A stretch of 64,000 nt of DNA from Candidatus Dojkabacteria bacterium. GTDB lineage: Bacteria > Patescibacteriota > Dojkabacteria > B142 > JAFGFJ01. Position numbers and translations under genes: made by a program. This document shows positions 28,897 to 39,519 of this stretch, one piece after another. The notes beneath the pieces were generated by a model. That model saw only the letters and a program-made list of their open reading frames with translations, was not told the origin of the DNA and made no database searches. Where the stretch lies: NCBI GenBank assembly GCA_016931155.1, contig JAFGFJ010000006.1, positions 13,115-77,114 on the forward strand, written 5' to 3'. Every line of letters starts with the position of its first letter. Position 1 is the stretch's first letter.

Positions 28897-30747
28897 CTAT
28901 TTCCCTGTCTTATCTTTTAGCACTAGTTCCTTATCTATCTTTTCAAAAAGCAGCTCTACTTTTCCCGTGAGTTTCGTCTCTTTCACTTCGGTAAAACCCC
29001 AGTCGTCTTTGCTAGCAGAATGTTCCATCTCTTCCCTACCAAGTATTTTAGAAAGCTTTGTTGCTGCCATAGGCAGAAAAGGTCTTATAATCAATCTCAG
29101 AGCCTCAACAAGCTGCAGAAGATTGTACATTACATTTTCCGCTGCTTTTTTATCCGTCTTGATTAAACTCCAGATTTCCTTGTCATTAAAATACCGATTT
29201 GCAAAACGGGCAAGTTCCATAAGTCCATGATAGATAGCATTGGCAAACTCAACTTTTTCAAGATATTTCCCCGTTTTTTCTATCATACTGTGTATGTTTT
29301 CTTTTACTACTTCTTCTATCTCTCCACTTTCCAATTTCCCCATCATTTTCTGATCATAAAAAACCAGCGTCCTATTTATAAAATTGCCAAGATTAGCAAC
29401 GAGTTCATCATTTACTACATCTACAAACCTTTCCCAGATAAAATTCGACTCCTTGTTCTCAGGTAGATTGGAAAGAATAAAATACCGCACTGCATCAGTT
29501 CCAAATTCCTCCGCAATCTCCCTGCTGTCAATAATATTCTCTCTGCTCTTCGAAAATTTTGCCTTGTTAAAATTTAAAAATTTATTGACAACCACGTTGT
29601 ATGGAAGTGCGTATTTCTCATTTGCTTTCCGACCCTTATTTGCTCCAATAAGCTGTCCCGGCCACATTAGTGTATGAAAAACAAGATTATCCTGCCCCAT
29701 AAAGTAGTAGTGCTTGCTGTTTGGATTCATCCACCAGTCTTTCCAGTTTTTTGACTGACTCTTAAAATACCTGAAAAGTCGCTCTTTAGTCTTTTTGTAA
29801 ACTGTCTTATTATCATTTGCCGCAGGATCGCTCTGAACAAGCCCATTCCACTCCTGCGGAGCTGACAAGTACCCTGTCACCGCCTCAAACCAGACATATA
29901 TTCTTTTACCCTCAAAATTAGCAAGTACTTGATCCTCCAAGATCTCTCCTTTTTTTGCCAGTTCCTTTATTTCCTTTTCCGGCAAAACGATAGACCAATC
30001 AAGGTCTCTTGTAATTGCTCTCTTCTCCATACCTTCACTCAGCCACCCAAAGGCTTCAGCAAACACCCATTCCCTCCAAATTTCCTTTTTGCTCTTTTTC
30101 TCATTATTCTCGTCAAACTCGCCATTTAGATATCTTTTCAAATCATTCTCAAGCTTCGGGAAATCAAGGAAATAGTGCTCTGTGTCTTTCAGTTCAACAC
30201 TTTCACCCGACAATTTGCTCACCGGATCAATAAGCTCTCCGTCTTTCAGCCAGCGGCCACAGTTTTCGCATTGGTCACTTCTCTGCTCTTTAGCTTTGCA
30301 GTGAGGACAGATCCCTTCCACATACCGGTCCGGCAGAAATTTATTATCTTTTGCAGAGTAATACTGCTTCATCACACCTTTTACGATAAAACCGCTTTTA
30401 AGAAGCTCCAGAAAAAGCTCGTGTACTACTCTTTTGTGATTTTCTGTTGTAGTTTTCGTGTACAGATTGTAAGTAAGATCATATAGATCAAATAACTCAA
30501 CCACCCTTTTATGATATTCATTGACGATCTCCACTGGTTTTTTCCCCTCCTTGTCTGCCTGTACTGTAATCGGAGTCCCGTGGCAATCCGACCCAGAAAC
30601 CATTAGTACGTCCCTTCCACGAAGCCGCTGATAACGGGCAAAAACGTCTGCCGGAAGCAGATAGCCGGCCAGGTGACCAACGTGCAGATTCCCGTTTACA
30701 TATGGCCAGGCAACCGCAATAAAAATTTTTTCAGAATTATTCCTCAT
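28897..30747 (-). CDS. metG: methionyl-tRNA synthetase
   Basis: NGNLHVGHLAGY (HIGH), KFSKSR (KMSKS) and a zinc knuckle CPHCKAKEQRSDQCENCG. Confidence 0.9.
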   Translation of the reverse strand: MRNNSEKIFIAVAWPYVNGNLHVGHLAGYLLPADVFARYQRLRGRDVLMVSGSDCHGTPITVQADKEGKKPVEIVNEYHKRVVELFDLYDLTYNLYTKTTTENHKRVVHELFLELLKSGFIVKGVMKQYYSAKDNKFLPDRYVEGICPHCKAKEQRSDQCENCGRWLKDGELIDPVSKLSGESVELKDTEHYFLDFPKLENDLKRYLNGEFDENNEKKSKKEIWREWVFAEAFGWLSEGMEKRAITRDLDWSIVLPEKEIKELAKKGEILEDQVLANFEGKRIYVWFEAVTGYLSAPQEWNGLVQSDPAANDNKTVYKKTKERLFRYFKSQSKNWKDWWMNPNSKHYYFMGQDNLVFHTLMWPGQLIGANKGRKANEKYALPYNVVVNKFLNFNKAKFSKSRENIIDSREIAEEFGTDAVRYFILSNLPENKESNFIWERFVDVVNDELVANLGNFINRTLVFYDQKMMGKLESGEIEEVVKENIHSMIEKTGKYLEKVEFANAIYHGLMELARFANRYFNDKEIWSLIKTDKKAAENVMYNLLQLVEALRLIIRPFLPMAATKLSKILGREEMEHSASKDDWGFTEVKETKLTGKVELLFEKIDKELVLKDKTGK

Positions 30748-30800
30748 ACGTTAATTTTAGTGGAAAGCCAGCAACATGTGAATCCATGCCGGAGATACCA

Positions 30801-31232
30801 CTAGATATCTCCAAAAATATTTTCAAAGAAATTCTTATTCCTCATTTGGGCAGGAAAATACTTATCTGCATAGTCATAAGCACACTCAATCAATGCCTCA
30901 AACAAACGCCCCCGTGATGAATCTCTTGCATAACTCAAACATCTTAGTGAACTAGCGATTATCTTTTTGTACCCCCACAGCCTGACTTCAAAAGCGATAC
31001 TCTCCGGCAGATGAGCTTCACTAATGTAGCAATCAAGACTGTCAAGTAACTGGTCTTTTACAACTTCACATAAACAAAAATTACTATCTTCTTCCAGAAG
31101 CGAATTGAAAAAAACTCCTGTCATAAGAAGAGTAGCATCTGTACCGATACCAAACATCATCTTGATACCCATCACGTCTGTGAGGTGTTTTTTCTTATCT
31201 TCAGTTATTCCATAACTCTCAAAATTACCCAT
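30801..31232 (-). CDS. hypothetical protein
   Basis: 143-aa ORF with no recognised family. Confidence 0.35.
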   Translation of the reverse strand: MGNFESYGITEDKKKHLTDVMGIKMMFGIGTDATLLMTGVFFNSLLEEDSNFCLCEVVKDQLLDSLDCYISEAHLPESIAFEVRLWGYKKIIASSLRCLSYARDSSRGRLFEALIECAYDYADKYFPAQMRNKNFFENIFGDI

Positions 31233-31318
31233 TTTTGTTGCATTTTTAATGGAAATAAATCATTAATAAGGTAAATTAGACCAGAAAACAGATAGGTATA
31301 TACTATATATATCAAAAA

Positions 31319-31858
31319 TTATGTCTTGGGTAAATCTTTATTTGTTACAGGAACTATTTTTCCCTGTAATTTCTCAGTGTTTTTTCGTCTGTCAAGGATT
31401 GTCAAAAACAGCACCTCTATTAGTGCTGTAAGCACAATACATCCTGCTACAATATATGTCTCAAAGGATCCGTTTAATCTTAATAACACAAGACTTTCCA
31501 CAAGTAATCCCAGAATAGTACCCCTTCTTATGGAACTAAAAACCGAAGGATTCTCATAAAATTTTCTAAAAAACAATTTATCAATAAATAAGTGTAATGC
31601 TGAGAAGCCTGATACAATCACCACCAATAGAACCACTCCTATAGCAATTACGTTTTTTATATTCAGAAGATAAAAAACACTTCCGTTTTCTATTCCTTCT
31701 ATTACAAACTCTTGAAACTCACTACCCGTCAGCAGTCCAAATCTATCTACTGCCTGATTTACTGCCTGTTCATCCCATGGGGAGAGAATAGTAACGATGT
31801 AATATAATACTCCGATAAATACCACAAAAATTATTAATGAGTAAAGTGAATATCGCAT
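31319..31858 (-). CDS. hypothetical integral membrane protein
   Basis: Four predicted TM helices; no recognised family. Confidence 0.4.
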   Translation of the reverse strand: MRYSLYSLIIFVVFIGVLYYIVTILSPWDEQAVNQAVDRFGLLTGSEFQEFVIEGIENGSVFYLLNIKNVIAIGVVLLVVIVSGFSALHLFIDKLFFRKFYENPSVFSSIRRGTILGLLVESLVLLRLNGSFETYIVAGCIVLTALIEVLFLTILDRRKNTEKLQGKIVPVTNKDLPKT

Positions 31859-31870
31859 ATTGGCAAGTAT

Positions 31871-32791
31871 TTACAACTTCTCATAAAATTTCTTCATTAG
31901 AAGGGCATCCTGCTCAAGATTTGGACTTTCACATACTACATATCCCCCAACGTTATTAGCCTTAAGCGCTGCCAGGCAATCCCTCCAATTAATAACACTG
32001 CCTCCCATCTTACTTTGCTTAGAAAGAGCCTCATTGGTCTTCTCAATACCATTTATTCTCACCCCTGTATTCTCATACTCAAAAAGGGATGACAACAGGG
32101 TTACATGGTTCTTCTCACCTTTTTCGCCAAACAGAATACCTGAAAGATGGATATGAAGTTCTCTCAAGAAATCTTTTCCCAATCTGTCTGAAACAAGCTT
32201 AATTATTCGATCAAATTCTTTGAATGTATTATACTTCCCATTACTCCTGGCAATTAAATGAGAAAAATCAATACAAAGAGCAAGGTTGGGAACCCTCATT
32301 TCTTCTACCAGAGTAATAAGTGACCCAATATCTCCGAACTGTGAGGACTTCCCTGTTAGTTCTGGTGAGATTCGTATTTTTAAACCCTTTATCATTATGA
32401 AAACCTCTCTTAGTGCCTGTTTCACGGATTCTTTTATAATTTTCTCATCCTTGCCTTGAAAAAATGCAGAATGAAATGTAACTGATTTAGCCCCGGCAAT
32501 TTCGCCAATTTTTGCTGACTGAACTATTCTGTTTATACTTGCATACCATGTCTTTTTATCGTCAGACGCCAAATTGATGTAATAAGGGCCATGTACAGTG
32601 AGGCTAACTCCTTCCCTCTCCGCACACTCCCTGACTTTAATGGCCAATTCCTCACCCATTCTTACTCCGTGTACAAATTCAAGCTCCATGTGGTTTAGAC
32701 CAATTTCTTTTACTCTTTTAATTCCTGAGAGTACATCGTGTTTTTTTGAAGTAATCGGTATACCAGCCGTACCAAACCTCAGGTTAGCCAT
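31871..32791 (-). CDS. endonuclease IV-like (AP endonuclease family 2 / xylose-isomerase-like TIM barrel)
   Basis: HGPYYINLAS, LCIDFSHL and HIHLSG echo the Endo IV metal-ligand motifs (YLINLAS, CxDTCH, HLND). The start was placed at the internal M (MANLRFGTAG). Confidence 0.5.
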   Translation of the reverse strand: MANLRFGTAGIPITSKKHDVLSGIKRVKEIGLNHMELEFVHGVRMGEELAIKVRECAEREGVSLTVHGPYYINLASDDKKTWYASINRIVQSAKIGEIAGAKSVTFHSAFFQGKDEKIIKESVKQALREVFIMIKGLKIRISPELTGKSSQFGDIGSLITLVEEMRVPNLALCIDFSHLIARSNGKYNTFKEFDRIIKLVSDRLGKDFLRELHIHLSGILFGEKGEKNHVTLLSSLFEYENTGVRINGIEKTNEALSKQSKMGGSVINWRDCLAALKANNVGGYVVCESPNLEQDALLMKKFYEKL

Positions 32792-33080
32792 TTTTTGCCT
32801 TTTTATATACAAGGAAATAATATACCAGAGCACCAATAGCTCCTCCCAGGATGACAATCAGGAGCCAAAGAGTTTTCTGATTTTCACCCTTATCAGGAAA
32901 ATTCTGATCTTCTCTTTTTGCCAGATCAATAAGCATGACAAGCCAAAGAACCATCCCTGCAATACCCAAAATTATTCCGACACAATAAATACACATCCAC
33001 ACAACCCAAAAAGAGGCCATTCCGAGACCAAATACTGCGGCGAAAGCCCCTGATGCAGCGTCTGACGAAGATTCGTACAT
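32784..33080 (-). CDS. small integral membrane protein
   Basis: 98-aa ORF with three TM helices. Confidence 0.4.
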   Translation of the reverse strand: MYESSSDAASGAFAAVFGLGMASFWVVWMCIYCVGIILGIAGMVLWLVMLIDLAKREDQNFPDKGENQKTLWLLIVILGGAIGALVYYFLVYKKAKNG

Positions 33081-33194
33081 AGAAAAGTTTTAATAAGTAT
33101 TCTTCTTTGATCTTATCAAATTTGCCGCAAAATCAACAATCTGGTACAATCTGAACCGAGCGATCTGGTATATTTGGTTTAATAATTCAGTAAT

Positions 33195-33383
33195 ATGGCA
33201 ACAAAAAGAACCTATCAGCCGAAAAAGAAAAGGAGGATTAGAAGCCTGGGCTTTCGTGCCAGAAATGCCACAAAATCAGGGAGAAGAGTATTAAAGAGCA
33301 GAAGATCAAAGGGGAGACTTATTCTTACTGTTTCGGATGAGATAAGATCAGACAAGAACAAAAGACTTCGAAGAAGGAGATAA
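33195..33383 (+). CDS. rpmH: 50S ribosomal protein L34 (with a basic C-terminal extension)
   Basis: [41 protein letters not shown] matches L34 (MKRTFQP...HGFRARM.T..GR.VL..RR.KGR). It is directly upstream of rnpA. Confidence 0.85.
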   Translation: MATKRTYQPKKKRRIRSLGFRARNATKSGRRVLKSRRSKGRLILTVSDEIRSDKNKRLRRRR

Positions 33384-33445
33384 TTTTTACTCCGGGATAT
33401 TTTTTTCCAGTTGTGTATAATATTTCCATATTATTTCTTGTTTCT

Positions 33446-33817
33446 ATGCTTCCAAAAGGCTATCGGATAAGAAAATCGAAGGAATTCGACCTGATCAGGA
33501 CGGAAGGAGTAAAATACAAAAGCAAAAACTTTATGCTGGTTGTACGTAAAATTTCTCCTAAAGAGCTTGATCTAGCGGCCGAGAAGGAACAAACGTACCC
33601 CCGCTTTGGCTTTATTGTTTCCAAGAAAATCGGTGGAGCTGTTGTACGGAATAAAGTCAAAAGATGGCTCAGAGAGGCTGTAAGATTGGAATTGCATAGT
33701 ATCCCGAAAAATATTGAAGCTACTCTTATTGCATTTAAAGACGCTGATAAAAGCAGCTTTAATGAGCTGAGAGATGAACTAAAGAAAATATTAGAAAATA
33801 TAAAAAGAGATTCCTGA
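33446..33817 (+). CDS. rnpA: RNase P protein component
   Basis: LPKGYRIRKSKEFD...FGFIVSKKIGGAVVRNKVKRWLREAV carries the RnpA RNR-like motif, with the conserved rpmH-rnpA linkage. The start was placed at the internal Met. Confidence 0.85.
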   Translation: MLPKGYRIRKSKEFDLIRTEGVKYKSKNFMLVVRKISPKELDLAAEKEQTYPRFGFIVSKKIGGAVVRNKVKRWLREAVRLELHSIPKNIEATLIAFKDADKSSFNELRDELKKILENIKRDS

Positions 33818-33838
33818 CACACAGGCTGAAAAAAGCTT

Positions 33839-34603
33839 TCAAACAGAGGTTTCCATCGGACTACATTCTGATATAGGAAAAAATCGCTCGTAATTTTCGA
33901 AAAGAAAATCTTGCACCTTTCGGCAACCAAGTAAGAAACTTGCAAGGTCATTTTTATAATTGTCTTTCACACATACTTCTCCCCACAATTCCATAGCCAT
34001 TTCCTTTTGACCACTCTTAACAAGTTCATTTATTGCCCACAGAACTGAATACTTATCTCTTTGACTCAAAGTATGTGGTGCTAAGGCAATCTTTGCCGCA
34101 ACATATTTGTTTTCTAGTACTTCATTAACGTAGGGTTCTGGAACCGGACTAACAAAAGCTTCTAAAGACAATTTCGAATTATCTAATCCTTCCAAGACAA
34201 ATACAAATTCAATCGAATTTTTGTATTCATGATTTCTTATATCTAAAAGACTTTGTGCTTCTCTTATATGTGCTAATTCGTGATCAATTAGATTCATTTC
34301 ACCCTCCTCAATCAACGAAGAAAGATTCTTACTCACGATTAAACCGTTAGTATTAGCAACTTCAATTGCGAATTTCCTAAACATAGCTTTAAATGTGACA
34401 AGTTGATTATTATCCAGATTCAACAAAGTACTAATATCAATTCTAATTGTACCTTTATTTATTTCCCGCTCATTTCCCGGTTTACCTGATTCGTAAGCTT
34501 GAACTGTCTCTTTACTCACAGGAGAAATACTCCCAGCATAGCCTAGTTCCAAATCGGGAAATATGTCGAGAATATAATTATCAGGAGAAGAAGTTTCCGA
34601 CAA
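33839..34603 (-). CDS. hypothetical protein with an HExxH motif (possible zinc metallopeptidase)
   Basis: IDHELAHIREAQ contains HELAH. It lies where fusA would normally follow rpsG. Confidence 0.35.
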   Translation of the reverse strand: MSETSSPDNYILDIFPDLELGYAGSISPVSKETVQAYESGKPGNEREINKGTIRIDISTLLNLDNNQLVTFKAMFRKFAIEVANTNGLIVSKNLSSLIEEGEMNLIDHELAHIREAQSLLDIRNHEYKNSIEFVFVLEGLDNSKLSLEAFVSPVPEPYVNEVLENKYVAAKIALAPHTLSQRDKYSVLWAINELVKSGQKEMAMELWGEVCVKDNYKNDLASFLLGCRKVQDFLFENYERFFPISECSPMETSV

Positions 34604-34620
34604 TGTTCGTGTGTGAAAAT

Positions 34621-35094
34621 TTAAAATGCAAAATGCGCAAATGCTTTATTTGCTTCTGCCATTCTCACTGTTTCCTCCTTCTTTTTAATAGCATCCCCTT
34701 GCTTATTTGTAGCATTTAGTAGTTCTGCAGTTAGAGCCTCTTCAAAAGGTTTGTTTCCTCTGTGGCTCCTTGCAGCCTCAATTATCCATTTCATGGCAAG
34801 TGCTTCTTGCCTCTTTTCATCAACTGGCACTGGAACCTGGTAGTTTGCTCCGCCTACTCTTCTTGCCTTGATTTCAATAGGAGGTTTGACATTTAACAAA
34901 GCTTTCTCAAAAAGCTCAACAGGATTTCCACCTTTAAGCTCAGAAGAGAGCTTGTCCAGGCTGTTGTATACTGCACTCCTGGCAATATTTTTCTTACCGC
35001 CAACCATCAGGTAATTAATAAACTTCGAAAGTTTAATACTACCGTATTTCGGATCAGCATCAATTTCTCTTTGTTTTGCTCTTTTACCTCTCAT
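34621..35094 (-). CDS. rpsG: 30S ribosomal protein S7
   Basis: Typical S7 sequence (...PVELFEKALLNVKPPIEIKARRVGGANYQVPV...). Confidence 0.9.
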   Translation of the reverse strand: MRGKRAKQREIDADPKYGSIKLSKFINYLMVGGKKNIARSAVYNSLDKLSSELKGGNPVELFEKALLNVKPPIEIKARRVGGANYQVPVPVDEKRQEALAMKWIIEAARSHRGNKPFEEALTAELLNATNKQGDAIKKKEETVRMAEANKAFAHFAF

Positions 35095-35149
35095 TTTTAT
35101 TAATTTTAATCATAACAACAAGAACAAACCGATTCGACTCATCGGAAAA

Positions 35150-35590
35150 CTATTTACTCTTTGCTCCGTATCTGCTTCTGCCCTGTTTCCTTCCCTCAAC
35201 TGGAGAAGCATCGTATACACCTCTTACCACTTCATACTTCACACCTGGAAGGTCAGGAGTTCTGCCTGCCTTCAAAAGCACGACAGAGTGCTCTCTCAGG
35301 TTATGTCCTATTCCAGGTATATAAGCCGTAACCTCCTGTTTGTTCGAAAGCCTCACTCTGGCAACTTTTCTTAGAGCTGAGTTTGGTTTTTTAGGTGTTC
35401 TTGTAAACACAGAAATACAAACCCCTCTTCTAAATGGATTCGGCTTCCTGAAATACTTGTTTTGCACACTATTAAAATTAAAGTGCAAAGCCTTGTATTT
35501 TGTCTTTTCAGAAAAAACAAGACTCTTGAACCTCACTGAGCCTTTCTTTGGTTTTCTTGGTTTTCTTATTAGCTGCGATATTCTTGCCAT
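35150..35590 (-). CDS. rpsL: 30S ribosomal protein S12
   Basis: [18 protein letters not shown]...[25 protein letters not shown] matches the S12 core. Confidence 0.9.
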   Translation of the reverse strand: MARISQLIRKPRKPKKGSVRFKSLVFSEKTKYKALHFNFNSVQNKYFRKPNPFRRGVCISVFTRTPKKPNSALRKVARVRLSNKQEVTAYIPGIGHNLREHSVVLLKAGRTPDLPGVKYEVVRGVYDASPVEGRKQGRSRYGAKSK

Positions 35591-35603
35591 TTTCTATAGA
35601 TTT

Positions 35604-38600
35604 TTATACTTTCTTGAGGAGTTCTTTTCCTAAGGGGACAGGTCTTCCGATTATAACATTCTCCTTCAACCCTCTCAAATTATCCACTTTCCCCACAAGA
35701 GCAGCATCCGTTAATACTCTTACCTGTTGCTCAAATGAGGCCGATGACAGGAAGCTTTCAGTTTTAAGTGCTGCAGTAGTTATTCCAAGTATCTGTCTTA
35801 CATATTTTATTTGTTCTTTATTTGCTTTCTTCAATTCATTATTCTTTTCATCCAGTATAAGAAATGCAAGATATTCTTCAGGAAGGAATTCCGAACCACC
35901 AGTATCAGTAATTTTACCATACCTGCTCATCTGTCTCACAACCACTTCAACGTGCTTATCATCAAGCCCGATCCCTTGCACCCCGTAGGTCTTTTGAACC
36001 TGGTCAATGATATATGCCTGTGCTTCTTCAACTCCTCTAAACTCCATTATTTCCTTTGGGTCAAGAGATCCTGCGGTTAAAGGAGTTCCCATTGTTATCT
36101 GATCTCCATCTTTAACAACAATATCAACCCCAGGCTCCAATACGTATTCCTGTTCTACCGACTTAACCCCTGAAACAATAATTTTTCCGTCAGTCAAGGT
36201 TGCCTGACCATCTTGCTCAGACTTTATTTCAATTCCACTTTTCTTAATCAATATTACATCTCCCTTGTTAACTTTTTTGCTTTTCTTGAATGGAACATCA
36301 TCACCTTTTTTTACTTCATACTCTTTTTCCATTTTTCTCTCAGCCGTTACAATAATTTTTATATTTAACCCACCTTCATCTTTCATTATCTTTACTTTAC
36401 CATCATTTTCAGAAAGAATAGCTTTTGCTTTTGGAGTTCTTGCCTCAAAAAGTTCTGCCACTCTTGGAAGACCTTGTGTAATATCAAGCCCTGCTCTCCC
36501 TCCAAGGTGCTTAGTATTTAGTGTCAATTGAGTAGCGGCTTCTCCCATTGCCTGAGCAGCTATTACGCCAACCGCAATACCCTTTTCGATGAGTTTACCG
36601 TCACCAAGACTATATCCATAGCATTTCCTGCAAATACCCTCCATCGAGTCGCAAGTAAGTGCAGACCTTACTTTTATCTTTGAAATACCTGATTCATCAA
36701 TTATGTGAGCCAGCTCCCTCGTTATTTCATCTCCATTTTTTACAATTACTTCTCCAGTTTTCTCATCAATAATATTTTCTGCTGCAAATCTACCTGTAAC
36801 TCTTTCTCTGAATGTCATTCTCCTCTCATCATCTCTGTTTAGGTAAATCCCGTTTTTTGTTTCACAATCCTCAATTCTTGTAATTACATCCTGTGCTACA
36901 TCTACAAGCCTTCTGGTAAGATAGCCCGACTCTGCGGTTTTCAGCGCAGTATCAGCAAGCCCTTTTCTTGTCCCTCTTGCAGCAACAAAATACTCGAGTC
37001 CAGGAAGACCATCTTTGTAGTTTGACCTCAAAGGAAGCTCTACTGTTTTTCCAAGTGGATCAAGGATAAGACCTTTAACTCCCGATATCTGCCTCAAAGG
37101 ATTCTTAACCGGGGTTGCTCCTGACGCTTCGAATATCGCAAGATTGTTTCCTGCTTCTTCGTATTTTTTCCACACATCCTCAGATATTGTATCAATAGTC
37201 TCAAACCAGATCTGTTCAATAAGTCTTCTCTTTTCTTCCTGGGTTACAAGTCCACTATAGTAGTCCTGAGTAAGCTGATCCTCTCTCTTTTCAACATCTG
37301 CAAGGACACTCTCCCGCTTGTCACTTGAAAGAAAATCACTAATACTTACCGATATTCCGGATTTCGTAGCATATTTAAAACCAAGATATTCAATATCATC
37401 CAAAAATCTTACAGCCTCATTGTTTCCGTATTTTTCCAGAATTTCAGAAGCAATATCACCAATTTGACCTTTTGTAATTTGTGAGTTCACAAACCTGAAC
37501 CCTTCAGGAAGAATTTCATTGAAAATTAATCTTCCAATAGTTGATTCAATGATTTCCTCATTTATACTTATCTTTACCTTGTCGAAAATTTCAACTTCTC
37601 CGTTATTGTGCGCGCCAATAGCTTCGTTCACTGATCCGTACAACCTTGTCTCAGCACCTTCTTTTTCACCAGTCAAGTAATATATTCCAAGTGCCATATC
37701 TTTGTTCGCATTGATAACAGGCCTTCCATCTGCTTGGAGAAGAACGTTTGAACTTGCAAACATTCTATCAAGCACCTCCTCAATTGCTTTTTTAGAAAGA
37801 GGAACATGCACTGCCATCTGATCCCCATCGAAGTCAGCATTAAAACCTGAACAGATCATCGGGTGAATCTGAATAGCATTACCCTCGGTCAGTATCGGGA
37901 AAAATGCCTGAATACCTTGCTTGTGAAGGGTAGGAGCACGGTTCAGTAAAACCGGCCTATCCTTAATTACTCTTTCCAGAATATCCCAAACTTCGTGCGA
38001 TTTTGATTCAAAATAATTTTTTGCACTCTTCAAATTTGGGGCAAATCCGTCAGCAATAATCTCTCTAATTACAAATGGCTTGAAAAGCTCTAAAGCCATG
38101 ATTTTTGGAATACCGCACTGATAGATACTAAGCTCAGGTCCCGCAACAATGACTGCTCTTCCTGAATAATCCACTCTTTTTCCTAAAAGATTCTGTCTGA
38201 ATCTTCCCTGCTTTCCTCTAAGCATATCGGAAAGGGATTTATACGGCTGTCCTGCTGTGTTGAGTACTGCATTTCCAGGTCTATGACTGTTGTCCATAAG
38301 GGCATCAACCGCCTCCTGAAGCATTCTTTTTTCATTTCTCAAAATAATTTCAGGTGCCCCAAGATTTACAAGTCTTTTAAGTCTGTTATTTCTGTTTATT
38401 ACCCTTCTGTAGAGATCATTCAGATCGGATGTAGCAAATCTTCCTCCAGCAAGCTGAATGATAGGTCTTAGATCTGCAGGAAGAACAGGAATAATGTCAG
38501 TAACAATTGAAGTTGGATCAATATTATTCTTCTTCATTCCAAGAAGAATTCTTAACCTTTTTACAATTTTCTTTGCTTTAAGATCTGATTTTGTTGTTTC

Positions 38601-39455
38601 AATTTCGGCGGTTATTTTTTTTATCTCTTTATCAAGATCAAGTCTCTCTACCAGCTTTTTTATTGCCTCAGCACCCATACCAATCTCATAGAACTGTTCA
38701 CCATACTCTCTCAAAGCAGAATAATCATCTTCAGAAATTGTTGCTCCCTCCTCAATACTCTCAACCAAATCCAGATGCTCCTTAACTTTTGCTCTTCTCC
38801 CTTCTTCTTTTTGAGCATAAATCGACCTGAGCTTTGCCTCCTCTTTCTTAAGATCATTTTTCATTTTTTCTATCTGGAACTTTACCTTATCTTTCTCTTT
38901 TCCTTTCTCCAGCTTTTTACTCTGTTTATCGAACTTATCAGTAAGCTCCTTTATCTTTTCTCCAAGTTCAGCAGAAACCTCCTTTTTTTCAGAAGTGTCT
39001 TTTTCCTTTACCTGCTTAATTATTATTTTTTTCCCTTCCTCATTTACAGATGTGACAAGATATCTTGCAAAATATATTACCGTCTCAAGTTTTTTCTGTG
39101 GAATATCAAGAATCAAAGAAAGTTTGTTTGGAACTCCATGTGAGAACCAGACATGAGATACTGGAGATGCAAGCTTAATGTGCCCTATCCTTTCCCTCCT
39201 CACTCTCTTATGTGTCACTTCTACTCCACATTTATCACAAACAATACCTTTATACCTTATTTTCTTATACTTCCCGCAATAACACTCAAAGTTCTTTGTC
39301 GGACCAAAGATTTTTTCACACATCAAACCGTCAACTTCCGGCCTGTTTGTTCGGTAATTTATTGTCTCAGCCTTTCTTACTTCACCATGAGACCACGACA
39401 AGACCTGTTGCGGACTTGCAATAGATATTTTGAGTGCTTTAAAATCCTTAATCAT
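35604..39455 (-). CDS. rpoC: DNA-directed RNA polymerase subunit beta' (with a lineage-specific K/E-rich insertion)
   Basis: Zinc finger CYCGKY...CDKCGVEV and catalytic NADFDGD. Confidence 0.95.
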   Translation of the reverse strand: MIKDFKALKISIASPQQVLSWSHGEVRKAETINYRTNRPEVDGLMCEKIFGPTKNFECYCGKYKKIRYKGIVCDKCGVEVTHKRVRRERIGHIKLASPVSHVWFSHGVPNKLSLILDIPQKKLETVIYFARYLVTSVNEEGKKIIIKQVKEKDTSEKKEVSAELGEKIKELTDKFDKQSKKLEKGKEKDKVKFQIEKMKNDLKKEEAKLRSIYAQKEEGRRAKVKEHLDLVESIEEGATISEDDYSALREYGEQFYEIGMGAEAIKKLVERLDLDKEIKKITAEIETTKSDLKAKKIVKRLRILLGMKKNNIDPTSIVTDIIPVLPADLRPIIQLAGGRFATSDLNDLYRRVINRNNRLKRLVNLGAPEIILRNEKRMLQEAVDALMDNSHRPGNAVLNTAGQPYKSLSDMLRGKQGRFRQNLLGKRVDYSGRAVIVAGPELSIYQCGIPKIMALELFKPFVIREIIADGFAPNLKSAKNYFESKSHEVWDILERVIKDRPVLLNRAPTLHKQGIQAFFPILTEGNAIQIHPMICSGFNADFDGDQMAVHVPLSKKAIEEVLDRMFASSNVLLQADGRPVINANKDMALGIYYLTGEKEGAETRLYGSVNEAIGAHNNGEVEIFDKVKISINEEIIESTIGRLIFNEILPEGFRFVNSQITKGQIGDIASEILEKYGNNEAVRFLDDIEYLGFKYATKSGISVSISDFLSSDKRESVLADVEKREDQLTQDYYSGLVTQEEKRRLIEQIWFETIDTISEDVWKKYEEAGNNLAIFEASGATPVKNPLRQISGVKGLILDPLGKTVELPLRSNYKDGLPGLEYFVAARGTRKGLADTALKTAESGYLTRRLVDVAQDVITRIEDCETKNGIYLNRDDERRMTFRERVTGRFAAENIIDEKTGEVIVKNGDEITRELAHIIDESGISKIKVRSALTCDSMEGICRKCYGYSLGDGKLIEKGIAVGVIAAQAMGEAATQLTLNTKHLGGRAGLDITQGLPRVAELFEARTPKAKAILSENDGKVKIMKDEGGLNIKIIVTAERKMEKEYEVKKGDDVPFKKSKKVNKGDVILIKKSGIEIKSEQDGQATLTDGKIIVSGVKSVEQEYVLEPGVDIVVKDGDQITMGTPLTAGSLDPKEIMEFRGVEEAQAYIIDQVQKTYGVQGIGLDDKHVEVVVRQMSRYGKITDTGGSEFLPEEYLAFLILDEKNNELKKANKEQIKYVRQILGITTAALKTESFLSSASFEQQVRVLTDAALVGKVDNLRGLKENVIIGRPVPLGKELLKKV

Positions 39456-39519
39456 TTTGGCCTTCCATTAATTAAATAAACTTTTCCGGCACCACTGTCT
39501 CCGGAAATCGTAGTCTGAT

